A stretch of 64,000 nucleotides of DNA from Gammaproteobacteria bacterium (GTDB lineage Bacteria; Pseudomonadota; Gammaproteobacteria; Steroidobacterales; JABDKV01). The translations under genes and the position numbers were made by a program. The notes beneath the pieces were generated by a model. The model ran no database searches. It saw only the letters and a list, made by a program, of their open reading frames with translations, and was not told the DNA's origin. Location of the stretch: positions 69,695 through 133,694 of the forward strand of contig JAOTXU010000007.1 in assembly GCA_029862165.1 (NCBI GenBank), in the 5' to 3' direction. Below are positions 61,649 to 64,000 of the stretch, one piece after another. Position 1 is the first letter of the stretch, and each line of letters opens with the position of its first letter.

Positions 61649-64000
61649 TTGGCTTTTTTCACCCGAATTTTCGGTAGCCGCAACCAGCGGCTGTTGCGTG
61701 GCTACGGCAGGCTGGTCAAGCGTATTAACGCGCTGGAGCCGGAAATGGAGGCCCGTAGCCACGACGAATTGCGTGACCTGACTACAGCGTTCCGCGAACG
61801 ACTCGCGCAAGGTGCCGAACTCGATTCCCTGTTGCCGGAGGCCTTTGCCGCCGTCCGGGAGGCATCGCGACGCACGTTGGAACTGCGTCATTTTGACGTG
61901 CAACTCATCGGTGGGGTCACACTCCACCAGGGTAAGATCGCTGAGATGCGTACCGGTGAAGGCAAGACACTGGTCGCGACTCTAGCGGTTTATTTGAATG
62001 CGTTGGGTGGCAAGGGCGTACACGTCGTCACAGTCAACGAGTATCTGGCCGGGCGTGATGCCGACTGGATGAAACCCATTTACGAGTTCCTCGGACTCAC
62101 GGTCGGCGTCATTCGGAGTGGTCAGACACCTGAAGAGAAACGAGCGGCCTATGCGTGTGATGTCACCTACGGCACCAATAATGAGTTCGGTTTTGACTAT
62201 CTACGCGACAACCTGGCATTTCGCCTAGAAGATCGCGCACAGCGCGAACTGCATTTTTCTATTGTCGACGAGGTCGATTCGATCTTGATCGATGAGGCGC
62301 GCACACCGCTGATCATTTCAGGACCGGCTGAAGAAAGCACCGAGATGTACGGCAAGATGAATCTGCTCGCACCGAAACTTAAAAAGCAACAAGAAGAAGA
62401 TGGACCTGGAGACTTTTCCGTTGACGAAAAATCCAAGCAGGTACATCTGACGGAAGAAGGCCAGGAACGCTCCGAAGAACTGATGCGTCGTGCCGGTCTG
62501 CTTGCACAGGGTCAGACACTTTACAGCGCGGCAAATATATCCTTGTTACATCACCTGAACGCATCCCTGCGCGCACATCTGTTGTTCAAACGTGATGTCG
62601 ACTACATCGTGAGCGAAGGCGAAATTGTCATTGTCGACGAATTTACCGGCCGCACGATGCCCGGTCGGCGTTGGTCAGATGGGTTGCACCAGGCAGTCGA
62701 AGCTAAAGAAAACGTGAGCGTCAAACAGGAAAACCAGACTCTCGCCTCGATTACTTTTCAAAACTACTTCCGCATGTACCAGAAACTGGCCGGGATGACC
62801 GGCACGGCAGATACGGAAGCCTTTGAATTTAATCAGATTTATGGATTGGAAGTCGTCGTTATCCCGACGCACCGGGACATGATTCGCGATGACGCGGCAG
62901 ACTTGGTCTACCTCGCTCAAAAAGACAAGTTCGATGCAATCATTGAAGACATCGAGGACTGCCGCACGCGCAAACAGCCGGTGTTGGTAGGCACAGCCTC
63001 AATCGAAACCTCGGAGTTGCTGTCTTCTTTGTTACGAAAACGCAAAATTTCGCATGAAGTGCTCAACGCAAAACAACATGCCCGGGAGGCTGAGATTGTG
63101 GCGCAGGCGGGTCGACCCGGCGCAATTACCATCGCTACAAACATGGCTGGTCGTGGTACCGATATTGTACTGGGTGGGAAACTCGAGGCAGAACTCAGTC
63201 AACTGGAAACCGATAGCGACCAGGTTGAAGTGCGTTCAGCTTGGCAAAAACGTCACCAGCAAGTTATTGACGCCGGCGGTCTGCACATTGTTGGTACGGA
63301 GCGTCACGAATCCCGTCGTATCGACAATCAGCTTAGGGGTCGCTCCGGGCGTCAGGGCGATCCTGGATCGAGTCGCTTTTATATATCTCTCGACGATAAT
63401 CTGATGCGCATCTTTGCCGACCCGACGCGCACCAAGGCCTTATTGTCACGTGTGGGAATGCGTGAGGGTGAAGCCATTGAGAGCCGCTTGCTCAGCAAGC
63501 AGATTGAGAAGGCCCAACGAAAAGTCGAGTCGCATAACTTCGACATCCGTAAAAACCTCTTGGAGTACGATGACGTTGCCAACGATCAACGACGTGTGAT
63601 CTACGGTCAACGTTCTGAACTGATGTCGGCGGACGATGTGTCCGACGCCATTCAGGGCATACGGGACGAAGTGATTGGCGAAACGATCAATCGCTACATT
63701 GCGCCAAATAGTGTTGAAGAACAATGGGATGCCGGCGGGCTGGAACAGGCACTGGAGCGTGATTTTGCGACTGCGGTGCCGGTTAAACAGTGGCTGCAAA
63801 CCGACACTGCCTTGACCCAAGAAGGCTTGGCAGATCGCATTATTGAAAAGATTGACCAGCAGTATAAGGAGAAGGAAAAGACCGTTGGCCCCGACGTATT
63901 GCGGCACCTCGAAAAAGCGATGATGCTGCAGCAACTCGATTTGCACTGGAAAGAACATCTGGCCGGCATGGATTATCTCCGGCAAGGAATTCATTTGCGT
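61649..64000 (+). CDS. secA: preprotein translocase ATPase SecA (5' part, runs off the window)
   Basis: Not in the track because there is no stop in the window. The frame reads (L/M)[18 protein letters not shown]..., with Walker [14 protein letters not shown] (ATG at 61946 is in frame), [32 protein letters not shown] and MAGRGTDI. The first in-frame ATG (61745) would delete the conserved FGSRN N-terminus, so TTG 61649 (AGGAAA 8 nt upstream) is proposed. Confidence 0.93.
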   Translation, partial: MAFFTRIFGSRNQRLLRGYGRLVKRINALEPEMEARSHDELRDLTTAFRERLAQGAELDSLLPEAFAAVREASRRTLELRHFDVQLIGGVTLHQGKIAEMRTGEGKTLVATLAVYLNALGGKGVHVVTVNEYLAGRDADWMKPIYEFLGLTVGVIRSGQTPEEKRAAYACDVTYGTNNEFGFDYLRDNLAFRLEDRAQRELHFSIVDEVDSILIDEARTPLIISGPAEESTEMYGKMNLLAPKLKKQQEEDGPGDFSVDEKSKQVHLTEEGQERSEELMRRAGLLAQGQTLYSAANISLLHHLNASLRAHLLFKRDVDYIVSEGEIVIVDEFTGRTMPGRRWSDGLHQAVEAKENVSVKQENQTLASITFQNYFRMYQKLAGMTGTADTEAFEFNQIYGLEVVVIPTHRDMIRDDAADLVYLAQKDKFDAIIEDIEDCRTRKQPVLVGTASIETSELLSSLLRKRKISHEVLNAKQHAREAEIVAQAGRPGAITIATNMAGRGTDIVLGGKLEAELSQLETDSDQVEVRSAWQKRHQQVIDAGGLHIVGTERHESRRIDNQLRGRSGRQGDPGSSRFYISLDDNLMRIFADPTRTKALLSRVGMREGEAIESRLLSKQIEKAQRKVESHNFDIRKNLLEYDDVANDQRRVIYGQRSELMSADDVSDAIQGIRDEVIGETINRYIAPNSVEEQWDAGGLEQALERDFATAVPVKQWLQTDTALTQEGLADRIIEKIDQQYKEKEKTVGPDVLRHLEKAMMLQQLDLHWKEHLAGMDYLRQGIHLR

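Overview
This is a densely coding chromosomal segment (over 90% coding) with gammaproteobacterial-type synteny. Almost every long ORF is a recognisable housekeeping gene, and the genes sit in large co-directional blocks. (i) 0-5.1 kb holds rubredoxin, TraB/GumN-cpdA and ahcY-metK. (ii) 5.2-17.7 kb holds a thioredoxin-like gene and tkt-gap-pgk-pyk, which run straight into a non-glycolytic block: an SDR, a penicillin/AHL-acylase-family Ntn hydrolase, a 62-aa 2-TM peptide, a CBS pair, a MoxR AAA+ ATPase and a CoxE-type VWA protein. (iii) 17.8-20.5 kb holds an orphan 86-aa ORF, greB, an exported Bcp-type peroxiredoxin and a patatin-like lipase. (iv) 20.4-31.6 kb is one 13-gene minus-strand array: yrbG-kdsD-kdsC-lptC-lptA-lptB-rpoN-hpf-ptsN-rapZ-npr-ptsI-mgtE. 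(v) Next come ibaG-murA, petABC and sspAB. (vi) diaA-yraN-lpoA lie divergent from rsmI, followed by RNase P RNA. (vii) A complete dcw cluster follows (mraZ-rsmH-ftsL-ftsI-murE-murF-mraY-murD-ftsW-murG-murC-murB-ddl-ftsQ-ftsA-ftsZ), then lpxC, a DUF721/DciA-like gene, an M23 peptidase and the first 784 codons of secA. I saw no rRNA, tRNA, CRISPR array, transposase, integrase or phage gene. I did not find a clear-cut novel multi-gene system. The best follow-up candidates are: the 2-TM/CBS/MoxR/VWA module and the accessory block it sits in; the peroxiredoxin-greB-orf86 operon; a perfectly duplicated 104-bp hairpin-rich element; the ATG-free leader of a TTG-initiated secA; and the rpoN operon extended by npr-ptsI-mgtE. 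All calls rest on my own reading of translations, motifs and DNA patterns, and no database search was run. Track ORF starts are the most-upstream ATG/GTG/TTG. I trimmed them where a Shine-Dalgarno (SD) sequence, a 4-nt stop/start overlap or N-terminal homology argued for a downstream start.
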